Assembly: GCA_963780745.1 (NCBI GenBank)
Contig: CAWACT010000010.1
Span: forward strand, 305,318 to 369,317
Direction: 5' to 3'
DNA length: 64,000 bases
Source of the DNA: an uncultured Actinomycetes bacterium
GTDB taxonomy: Bacteria; Actinomycetota; Acidimicrobiia; Spongiisociales; DATADW01
Shown here: positions 18,682 to 26,462 of the stretch, in pieces
How the letters are laid out: each line of letters begins with the position of its first letter
Position numbering within the stretch: the first letter of the stretch is position 1
Position numbers and translations under genes: made by a program
Notes under the pieces: model-generated
Told to the model about the DNA's origin: nothing
Databases searched by the model: none
What the model saw: only the letters and a program-made list of their open reading frames with translations

Positions 18682-19158
18682 ATGTCCGAAGACACCGTTT
18701 GGCTCACCAGGGCCGCACACGACAAGCTGAAGGTCGAGCTCGAGGATCTCCTCGGCAACGGCCGCCGCGACATGGAGGAGCGGCTTTCCGAGGCGCGGTC
18801 GCACGGTGACATCAGGGAGAACGCCGACTACGACGCCGCCAAGGACGAGCAGGCATTGATGGAGGCGCGCATCCGCCAGCTGCAGCACATCCTCGATACG
18901 GCGGAGGTGCGCGATGTCAAGGACACCGGAACGGTCCAGGTGGGCTCGGTGGTGACGGTGGTTGACGGCGACGGCGACCCTATCGAATACCTGGTGGCTC
19001 CCCAGGAGAACAAGGTGCCCGGGTTCCTCCTCGCCTCCCCTGGTAGCCCGCTTGGCCGGGCGCTGATCGGTGCTGCCGTGGGTGACGACGTCAGCTACGA
19101 AGCGCCGGGCGGTGTCTTCACCCTTCGGATAGCCGATATCCGCCCCTTCGAGGGGTAG
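18682..19158 (+). CDS. greA: Transcription elongation factor GreA
   Basis: WLTRAAHDKLKVELEDL...HGDIRENADYDAAKDEQ...SPLGRALIG. Confidence 0.92.
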   Translation: MSEDTVWLTRAAHDKLKVELEDLLGNGRRDMEERLSEARSHGDIRENADYDAAKDEQALMEARIRQLQHILDTAEVRDVKDTGTVQVGSVVTVVDGDGDPIEYLVAPQENKVPGFLLASPGSPLGRALIGAAVGDDVSYEAPGGVFTLRIADIRPFEG

Positions 19159-19212
19159 GGATCGCCAGCCGGCAGTACGCTCACCGACCGCCTCACCAAG
19201 GGACCGGCGTCG

Positions 19213-20610
19213 GTGCGGATTCGTCTGCTCAAGCCTCGAGAACTCGCAGCCCGCCTCCTTGACCTGGCGCGCCGTCGTCCCGACGAAGTCGAGGAGTACC
19301 TCGACACCCACGGTGAGGAATGGGAAGCACTAGCCGGCGCCAACCCGCACGATGTAGCCGACATCCTCGAGGAGCTGGGCGAGGAGGCGGCGACCGAGCT
19401 GCTCATCGACCTGCCACCGGCCGAGGCGGCCGAGATCCTCGAGGAGATGCGCACCGAGCTTGCCGCCGACATCCTCGAGGTCCTTCCTCCAGAGGATGCC
19501 GCCGACCTCTTGGAGGGGATGGACACCTCGGAGGCGGCCGACCTCCTCGCCGAGGTCGAGCCGGAGGTGCGGAGCAGGCTCATTGCAGAACTGGAAGAGG
19601 AGTTCGCCGGCGAGGTTCTCGAGTTGCTCGCCTACTCGGCGGACTCCGCCGGCGGCATCATGACCACCGAGATCGCCGCACTTCCCGTAGGGATGAGCGC
19701 CGGCGAGGCGATCGAGGCCATCCGCCGCCTCCACGACGAGTTGGAGGATCTCTCGTACGTCTACGTGGTCGATGGGCAGCAACGGCTGGTCGGCGTCCTG
19801 TCCTTCAGGGACTTGGTGTTCAATCGACCCGGCGTAGGGCTCGATGAGGTGATGGTCGCCGATCCGATCACGGTCGCGGCCGAGTCCGATCGTGGCGAGG
19901 TCGCAGACTTGATCCAGCGGTATCACCTCTTTGGTCTTCCGGTGGTCGACAGTTCCCGGCGGCTGCTGGGGATGGTGACCACAGAGGCTGCGCTCGAGGT
20001 CGTGCAAGAGGAGGCGAGCGAGGACTTCGCCGTTGCGGTCGGTGCCGGAGCGGAGGAGACGGTGCACACCCCGGTGCCCCGCTCGATCCGGAGCAGGCTT
20101 CCGTGGATCTCCTTCGATGTAGTGATCTCGTCGGTGGTGGTGGTGGCGATCAGCCGGTTCAGCGGAATCCTGGAGCAGTTCACCGTTCTTGCCGCGTTGA
20201 TGCCTCTCGTGGCGCGGGTCGGTGGTGACGCCGGCGCCCAGAGCCTCGCCGTGGTCATACGCGGGCTGGCCTCCGACGACATCTCGAGTTCCGCCGTGCC
20301 CAGAGTGATCCGACGAGAGACGCTGATCGGTGCGCTCAACGGGCTGGCTATCGCGGTCCTCGCAGGAATCCTGGGCTACGTGCTCCAGAAGATCCGGGGA
20401 GGCCCCGACCCTTTGCAGATCGGGTTGGCGATGACCATCGCCGCATGGGCCAACCTATTGATCGCCGGATTGGCAGGCGCCGGCATCCCCCTGGCGCTGC
20501 GAGCGCTCGGCTTCGACCCGGCGCTTGGCTCGAATCTCTTCCTGACCACAGTCACCGACCTGCTCGGGTTCGCCGGGTTCCTCGCCGTGGCATCGGCCCT
20601 GCTCACCTGA
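19213..20610 (+). CDS. mgtE: Magnesium transporter MgtE
   Basis: 465 aa: acidic MgtE N-domain, tandem CBS region (YVYVVDGQQRLVGVLSFRDL), C-terminal TM domain (DAGAQSLAVVIRGLA). Confidence 0.9.
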   Translation: MRIRLLKPRELAARLLDLARRRPDEVEEYLDTHGEEWEALAGANPHDVADILEELGEEAATELLIDLPPAEAAEILEEMRTELAADILEVLPPEDAADLLEGMDTSEAADLLAEVEPEVRSRLIAELEEEFAGEVLELLAYSADSAGGIMTTEIAALPVGMSAGEAIEAIRRLHDELEDLSYVYVVDGQQRLVGVLSFRDLVFNRPGVGLDEVMVADPITVAAESDRGEVADLIQRYHLFGLPVVDSSRRLLGMVTTEAALEVVQEEASEDFAVAVGAGAEETVHTPVPRSIRSRLPWISFDVVISSVVVVAISRFSGILEQFTVLAALMPLVARVGGDAGAQSLAVVIRGLASDDISSSAVPRVIRRETLIGALNGLAIAVLAGILGYVLQKIRGGPDPLQIGLAMTIAAWANLLIAGLAGAGIPLALRALGFDPALGSNLFLTTVTDLLGFAGFLAVASALLT

Positions 20611-20734
20611 GGCCTCGGACGGGTTGCCGTGTCGCGCCGGTCCCACAACTCGCCAATCCGCTTCTCGTACACCGAGAACGCCTCGTGAGGCGTACCGCCG
20701 ACGTCCAAGAGGTGGACGATCGGCTCAAGCGACA

Positions 20735-21268
20735 TCACGAGCCGATGATGAACGACCCTAGATCGGAATACGGGCCGAGGAACACAACCCGATTGCCGTT
20801 CTCCAGCCGGAGGACGTAATGGCGGGTCTGTTGGGGGGTCAGGTTCTCCGGGTTGCGGATGACGGCGCGCAGCGCCTGCTGTGAGTCGACCACGTCGAGC
20901 TGGGCGACAGGCTCATTTGCCTCGATGATGTCAAGAACCAGGTTCGAAAGGTCGATCTCCGTGTAGTCACCAGGTTCGATCAGGACCACAAGCCGGTCCC
21001 CGCTGTCGGAGGGCTCGCGGTGACGGATGTCATAGGAGATCTCGATGGGTTCCCGAATGCTGGTAGACGTGCTGCGGTTCGCGCCGCCCCGAGGCCGCGT
21101 CGTATCGGGAGCCGCTGCCACGGTCGTGACCGGGGCGAGCGAGGTATTCGTGACAGCGGTGGATGCGGCTGGCTCATCGTCGGAGCACGCGGCGAGGACG
21201 ATCACCGCAAGAGCGGCGGCGGTGACGCCGCGCAACGCTCGACCGGAGACCGGAGAAAGTCGTTGCAT
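20735..21268 (-). CDS. Lipoprotein, function unknown
   Basis: Signal peptide with lipobox ALAVIVLAACSDD; 177 aa. Confidence 0.55.
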   Translation of the reverse strand: MQRLSPVSGRALRGVTAAALAVIVLAACSDDEPAASTAVTNTSLAPVTTVAAAPDTTRPRGGANRSTSTSIREPIEISYDIRHREPSDSGDRLVVLIEPGDYTEIDLSNLVLDIIEANEPVAQLDVVDSQQALRAVIRNPENLTPQQTRHYVLRLENGNRVVFLGPYSDLGSFIIGS

Positions 21269-21404
21269 GCTGGTATCTCCCTCGAGTTGGACGGATCTTC
21301 AACGCCGTGGTTTTACAGCAGGTTCCCCCCAGCCCCGCACCGACGGCGGCTGCCTGGCCGCTCATGGTTTCTGGGCGAGAGCCTATTGTGGCAGGACCGG
21401 ATAG

Positions 21405-22892
21405 ATGGGTAGCCTGACTCGAGTGCGAGTGCAGATGAGGCGAGCCGCCGCCGCGGTGGTGGTATGCCTGCTTCTCGGGCTGTTGCCGGCCGCTGGCTTT
21501 TCCAGGCCTGCCGTTGCCAGCGCGCCGAATTGTCGACCCACCACGATCAGCGATCTGACCCCGGACGAGGACGACTCCACTACAACGACCACCGTCCCCA
21601 CGACGGTTCCCGCCGATGAGCCGACCATCCAACCCGTGGACGGGAGGGATGGCGGAGAAGCATCGGCCCCCGGTGGCGTGCTCTTCGGCGTCGGGGTCGG
21701 GGTGACAACTCCGGTGCTCGCCCGGGTCACCGCGCTGGCAGCGTCGCTCTCACAGACCCCTCCGGGGGGCCCGGGACCTGAGACCACAACCACTACCGTG
21801 CCGGGGCCCCCGACCACGACCCCGGGCCCGCCGACGACAACTGTCCCGCCGGTCACCACGACGACCATGCCGGGGCCGGCAGACACCACGATTCCGGAGC
21901 CGACGAACACGACGATGCCACTCGTCACCGTGCCGACGACGACCGTCCCCGAGACCACGACGACGGTCCCGGAGACGACCATGGTCCCACCCACGACGAC
22001 CACGGTGCCTCCGACCACGACGACCTCGCCGGGAGCCGTCGTAAATAGAGGGACCTGCTTCGTCTATCGGATGACCTATCCCATAGTGGGAGAGTCGGCC
22101 AACGTGTCTCCGTTTGGCGCAGCGCGCGATGGCGGGGCGAGGCTCCATGCCGGGAACGACCTCATGGCACCGAGGATGAGCCCGGTGGTTGCGGTGCGAA
22201 GCGGGCTCGTGGAGAAGATCGAGTACGGCGGCTACCTCTCCGGGACGTCGATCCGGATCCGTCACGACGACGGATGGTCCTCGCACTACATCCATCTCAA
22301 CAACGACCTCTACGGGACCGATGACGGCAGGGGAGAGGGCGTTAGGCCCGGGCTGGCCGTAGGGGACCGGGTCAAGAGGGGCGAACTGATCGGATGGGTT
22401 GGTGACAGCGGCAACGCCGAGGGAACCATCCCCCACCTCCACTTCGAGCTCCGCAACCCGTCGGCGCTTCCGGTCGATCCGGAGGCAAGCCTGAAAGCCG
22501 CCCGCAACATCAAAGTCTCTTTCGACGGACCGTCACCTGCCTTCATCGACATCGCCGGTCATCCTCATGAAGTCATGATCAACCTGCTGGCCTCGGCCGG
22601 ATTGGCGACGTCATGCGGCAAGCGGAGCCTCGACTTCTGTCCCAACAGCGCGGTCACCGGGCGGGCGCTCCGTGAGGTCGTCACTGCCTGGCAGGGAGAT
22701 GGTGTCCGGATCGCCCGGCTCATCCCCTACAGCGTGCCCTTCGACACCAGCCACCTCGCCGCAAGCGAACCCGGTGCTCCCGTGGCGGCCGAAGATACCG
22801 ACGCCACTCCGGCAGGGACGGTTCTGTTGACCGCCCCGGCTGAGGCGCGGCCCGGCAGATGGTGCCGCCGGCCGCGAGGCTCTCGCCGATGA
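21405..22892 (+). CDS. Secreted M23 family metallopeptidase with long Pro/Thr-rich linker and Cys-containing SLH-like repeat
   Basis: Signal peptide, a ~90 aa P/T tract, then M23 motifs HAGNDLMAP...HYIHLNN...GDSGNAEGTIPHLHFELR, then FIDIAGHPHEVMINLLASAGL..C....FCP. Confidence 0.8.
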   Translation: MGSLTRVRVQMRRAAAAVVVCLLLGLLPAAGFSRPAVASAPNCRPTTISDLTPDEDDSTTTTTVPTTVPADEPTIQPVDGRDGGEASAPGGVLFGVGVGVTTPVLARVTALAASLSQTPPGGPGPETTTTTVPGPPTTTPGPPTTTVPPVTTTTMPGPADTTIPEPTNTTMPLVTVPTTTVPETTTTVPETTMVPPTTTTVPPTTTTSPGAVVNRGTCFVYRMTYPIVGESANVSPFGAARDGGARLHAGNDLMAPRMSPVVAVRSGLVEKIEYGGYLSGTSIRIRHDDGWSSHYIHLNNDLYGTDDGRGEGVRPGLAVGDRVKRGELIGWVGDSGNAEGTIPHLHFELRNPSALPVDPEASLKAARNIKVSFDGPSPAFIDIAGHPHEVMINLLASAGLATSCGKRSLDFCPNSAVTGRALREVVTAWQGDGVRIARLIPYSVPFDTSHLAASEPGAPVAAEDTDATPAGTVLLTAPAEARPGRWCRRPRGSRR

Positions 22893-22977
22893 GAAGCGCC
22901 AGAGCGCAGCGGCCGCTCCTGCTACAGCCCAGGTCGACACCGGATGCGGCCAGTGGAGGCTGTGCGACTCAACAGCG

Positions 22978-23292
22978 GTGTCGCTCGAAGAGGTTGCGGC
23001 TGTCATCGACGGCGTACTCGGCCTGAAACAGGTCCCAGGCAGGACGGCCCCCAATGCGCCGATGCTGGATGCGGTCCGGGCGCTCACCTACCACGGTGTG
23101 CTCTCCACCTGCACCGATCGGCCGGCGGCGCTGCTCGGGCAGCGAGTCAGCCGCGGTGCGCTCGCATCGCTGATGACCAGGGCGGCAGGTATAGCCGAGA
23201 CCGAGCCTTGCGACACCGCCGCTATCGCAGAGATGCACATGTACGGCGGCCCCTACCGGCTCCCGGTCAGCACCCGCCCCTTCGTCGACTGA
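22978..23292 (+). CDS. Possible continuation of the M23 protein (further SLH-like repeats), or a separate small ORF
   Basis: This frame is open from 22831 and overlaps the end of the M23 ORF. It contains CGQWRLCDSTAVSLEEVAAVIDGVL and ALTYHGVLSTCTD repeat-like segments. A frame shift near 22850 would join the two. Confidence 0.3.
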   Translation: MSLEEVAAVIDGVLGLKQVPGRTAPNAPMLDAVRALTYHGVLSTCTDRPAALLGQRVSRGALASLMTRAAGIAETEPCDTAAIAEMHMYGGPYRLPVSTRPFVD

Positions 23293-23296
23293 CGAA

Positions 23297-24140
23297 TCAC
23301 CAACTGGTCCGGGTCTCCGCCTGGACCCGCGCCGCGTAGGCCTCTGCCAGCTTGATGGACACCTCGCCGATCGGATAGTTGCGGTCATCGACCTCGATCA
23401 CCGGAGTGACCTCCTTGACCGTTGAGAAGGCGAGAGCCTCATCGGCGCCGAGCAGCCGGTCGAGATCAAACGTGCCTTCGACAACGGCCACCCCTCGCCC
23501 CACCGCCTCTTCGAGCAGCACCCTTCGAGTGATCGAGTCGAGGATCCCCAGGTCGAGGGTTGGCGTCTCCAGGACCCCGTCGCGCACCCAGCCCACCGAG
23601 AAGGTCGGGCCCTCCAGAACCCATCCCTCATTGCTTACCAGCAGCGCATCGGACTTCCCCGAGCGGCGTGCAGCGCGGGTCGCAGCCATGTTGGGCGCAT
23701 AGCTGAGCGTCTTCGCCCCGGACAGTTCCCACGCTGCCCCGCCGGCATGCCATGGCGCCGGGACCGCAGCCAGCGTGACGGTCGGCTCGGTCGGTGGAAG
23801 AGACAGGGCCATCACCACCACCCGAGGTTGGCCCGTCGGGTTGGTCGGAGGTGCCGCCCCGGGTGGCCAGGATCCGGACGATCCCGTCGCCGGCTGCCGC
23901 AGACACCTCGTCCACCCATCCAGCGATCTCAGCGCTGTCGGGGAGATCGAGCTCGAGCATCGCCGCGCTCCGTCGGAGACGGGCGAGATGGGCATCGCTC
24001 TGGAAGGGAACTCCCCGATAGGAGCGGATGGCCTCGAAGCACCCGTCACCCCGCAGCACCACGCCGTCAAAGACGGGGAGGACGGCGTCGCCCGCGGAGA
24101 AGGCGACACCGTCGACCAAAACCGGGGGAGCGGTCGTCAT
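23297..24140 (-). pseudogene. Class IV aminotransferase (branched-chain/D-amino-acid aminotransferase or aminodeoxychorismate-lyase-like), one frame shift
   Basis: N-terminal half in track ORF 23628..24191 (from MTTAPPVLVDGVAF...GCFEAIRSYRG...ILATRGG). C-terminal half in ORF 23297..24109 (VVVMALSLPP...AKTLSYAPNMAATRAA...EGPTFSVGWV...GILDSITR). The shift lies about 23825-23865, near a GGGGCGG run. Confidence 0.8.
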
Positions 24141-24141
24141 C

Positions 24142-25853
24142 TCACCCGCCGCGGTACCTGTTGGTGATGGGCATTCGTCGCTCCTTGCCAAAAGCTCTGG
24201 TGGTGATCTTCACCCCGGGCGCCGCCTGGCGACGCTTGTACTCGTTGCGATCGACCAGTCGCGTCACCCACTCGACCACTTCTCTGTCCATCCCCTGATC
24301 GACGATCTGGTCGACCGAGAGATCGGACTCGATGTATCCGGCGAGAATCGGGTCGAGCACGTCATAAGGGGGAAGGCTGTCGCTGTCCTTCTGCCCCGGT
24401 CTCAACTCCGCTGAAGGCGGTTTCTCGATGCTGCTCGGCGGTATCACCTCGGCCTGGAGGTTGCGCCATCGGGCGAGCCGGTAGACCAGCGTCTTGAAGA
24501 CGTCCTTGAGCACGGCGTAGCCCCCGACCATGTCGCCGTAGAGGGTCGAGTACCCCACTGCCATCTCCGACTTGTTCCCGGTGGCAACCACCATCGCCCC
24601 GAACTTGTTGGAGAGCGCCATGAGGATGGCCCCCCTGATCCGTGCTTGGAGGTTCTCCTCGGTGACCCCTGGGGCGGAGCCGGCAAACAGCGGCTCGAGC
24701 ACTTCGAGGTAGGCGGACAAGACCTGGTCCATAGGGACGAGGTCGAACCGGATCCCGAGCCTGGCGGCCAAGTCCTTAGCGTCGAGCACCGACCCCTCCG
24801 AGCTGTGACGGGAAGGCATGCCCACCCCCCAAATCGACTCCGGCCCGAGAGCGTCCACCGCAATGGCGGCGGTGAGTGCCGAGTCGATCCCACCGGAGAG
24901 GCCGATAAGCACGTGGGTGAACCCGTTCTTGCGGACGTAGTCGCCGAGGGCGAGGGTGAGGGCGCGGTAGACCTCTGCCTCCTCGGGTTCCAGCAGCCCG
25001 GCGACATCGGGCTGCAACGGGGTCCGCGGAGACGCAAGCGGCCCGGGCCGCACCGGCACCGCATCCTCGACCCGTTGGTCGTCCACCTCGAGATCGACCA
25101 GCATGCGGTGCTCCTCGAACTGAGGTGACCGAGCCACGACCTGACCGTCGGCCGTGATCGCCACCGAGGCGCCGTCGAATACCAGCTCGTCCTGTCCACC
25201 GACAAGGTTGAGGTAGACCACCGGCACTCCGCAGGCTCGGGCGCGGTCGGCCAACATCGCCTCGCGAGCTACCGCTTTTCCGTAGTGAAAGGGCGAGGCG
25301 TTGATGTTGAGCAGCACCTTTGCCCCAGCGGCGGCCTGCCTGGAGGGGGGACCATCCGGTAGCCAGATGTCCTCGCATATTGAGATGCCGACGACGACAC
25401 CGCCGATGTCCCAGACCCGATCGGGGGCGGCTCCGACCGAGAAGTAACGGTCCTCGTCGAACACGCCGTAGTTGGGGAGCAACACCTTGTGATAGACACC
25501 CTGCAGCCGTCCCCGACACAGCACCGCCGCCGCGTTGGCCACGTTACGAGGAACCGAGTCGGCGGCGTGGCGACCCGCCCCCGTCCTGCCGGTCCACGAA
25601 ACCGACAATCGTGGTCGTCTCTCCGGAAACAGCAGCAAGGCGGTCTACGACCTTCCGGTTGGCCTCGATGAACCCCGGTCGGAGGACAAGGTCCTCGGGG
25701 GGATAGCCGGTCACAGCCAACTCGGGAAGGAGCAAGACGTGGGCACCGGCCTCCTCTGCCCAACGCATCGCCTCGAGGATCCGATGCCTCGTTGCCCTCG
25801 AGGTCGCCAACCACCAAGTCGAGTTGGGCGCCCGCCACCCGCAAGACGGTCAT
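24142..25853 (-). pseudogene. nadE: Glutamine-dependent NAD+ synthetase, two frame shifts in the N-terminal CN-hydrolase domain
   Basis: MTVLRVAGAQLDLVVGDLEGN (frame 1), then RILEAMRWAEEAGAHVLLLPELAVTGYPPEDL (frame 2, shift ~25780), then NVANAAAVLCRG...LPNYGVFDE...SGGIDSAL...KPPSAELRPGQ.DSDSLPPY...ITNRYRGG (frame 3, shift ~25575-25585 in a C5/G5 run). Confidence 0.9.
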
Positions 25854-25909
25854 GCGCTCAGCTTAGGAATGGCCCGGAGCCAGCCATAGATGTCAGTACT
25901 TACCCTCCG

Positions 25910-25944
25910 GTACTAAGTACTAAGTACTGAGTACTAAGTACTGC
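25910..25944. repeat. Heptanucleotide tandem array, GTACTAA x5 (two variants)
   Basis: gtactaa gtactaa gtactga gtactaa gtactgc. An AT-rich island in the spacer upstream of nadE, followed by hairpin GCAGCCTCA-CA-TGAGGaCTGC, which overlaps the stop of the next gene. Confidence 0.9.
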
Positions 25945-25948
25945 AGCC

Positions 25949-26389
25949 TCACATGAGGACTGCGGTCTTGCCCTTCTCGGCGTCGCGCAGCCGGCTGCAC
26001 ATGGTCACCAACAGCTTGAAGGTGATGCTCGGGGACGACTTCAGCAACGGATGGAAGTCCCACGACGGCACACCAAACGTGCGGAGCGGGGTGGCCGCGG
26101 TCACGGTTGCCGTGCGAGGCCCGCCGTCGATCATCGAGACCTCGCCGAACCACTCGCCTGCTCCGAGCTTGGCCACGGTCCGGTCTCCCTTGATGACGCG
26201 AGCCTCGCCATCGAGGATGAGGTGGAACCCGACCCCCTTCTCGCCCTCGGTAACCACGACATGACCTTCGGCATGGTCCACCACCCGTCCCGTCCTGGCG
26301 AGTTGGTCGAGCTCTCGTCGAGTGAGATCGGAGAACAACGGCACTCGCCGCAGCATCTCGATCTGCTGCTTCCTCGACACCACAGACAT
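25949..26389 (-). CDS. Stand-alone cyclic-nucleotide-binding domain protein
   Basis: ATG 26389 with GGAGG. RRVPLFSDLTRRELDQLA...GEKGVGFHLILDGEARV...FGEVSMIDGGPRTATVTA, a Crp/cNMP-binding fold of about 146 aa with no HTH. Confidence 0.8.
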   Translation of the reverse strand: MSVVSRKQQIEMLRRVPLFSDLTRRELDQLARTGRVVDHAEGHVVVTEGEKGVGFHLILDGEARVIKGDRTVAKLGAGEWFGEVSMIDGGPRTATVTAATPLRTFGVPSWDFHPLLKSSPSITFKLLVTMCSRLRDAEKGKTAVLM

Positions 26390-26462
26390 CACCTCCGTCC
26401 CGCGGGGATGCCAGCCTACGCACACCAGGGAGGCGCACGGGAGTGGGGCGTACCCTGTCCAC

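Noticed and set aside
19159-19212. Possible Mg2+ (M-box) riboswitch upstream of mgtE
   Set aside because: Only 54 nt separate the greA stop from the mgtE start, far too short for an M-box aptamer, and none of its conserved helices is visible.
20376-20738. 120-aa reverse-strand ORF starting at the lipoprotein stop (TGATG) and running antisense into mgtE
   Set aside because: Only the first ~40 codons (MSLEPIVHLLDVGGTPHEAFSVYEKRIGELW...) lie outside mgtE, and I recognise no family. A short coupled gene is possible, but the evidence is insufficient to call it.
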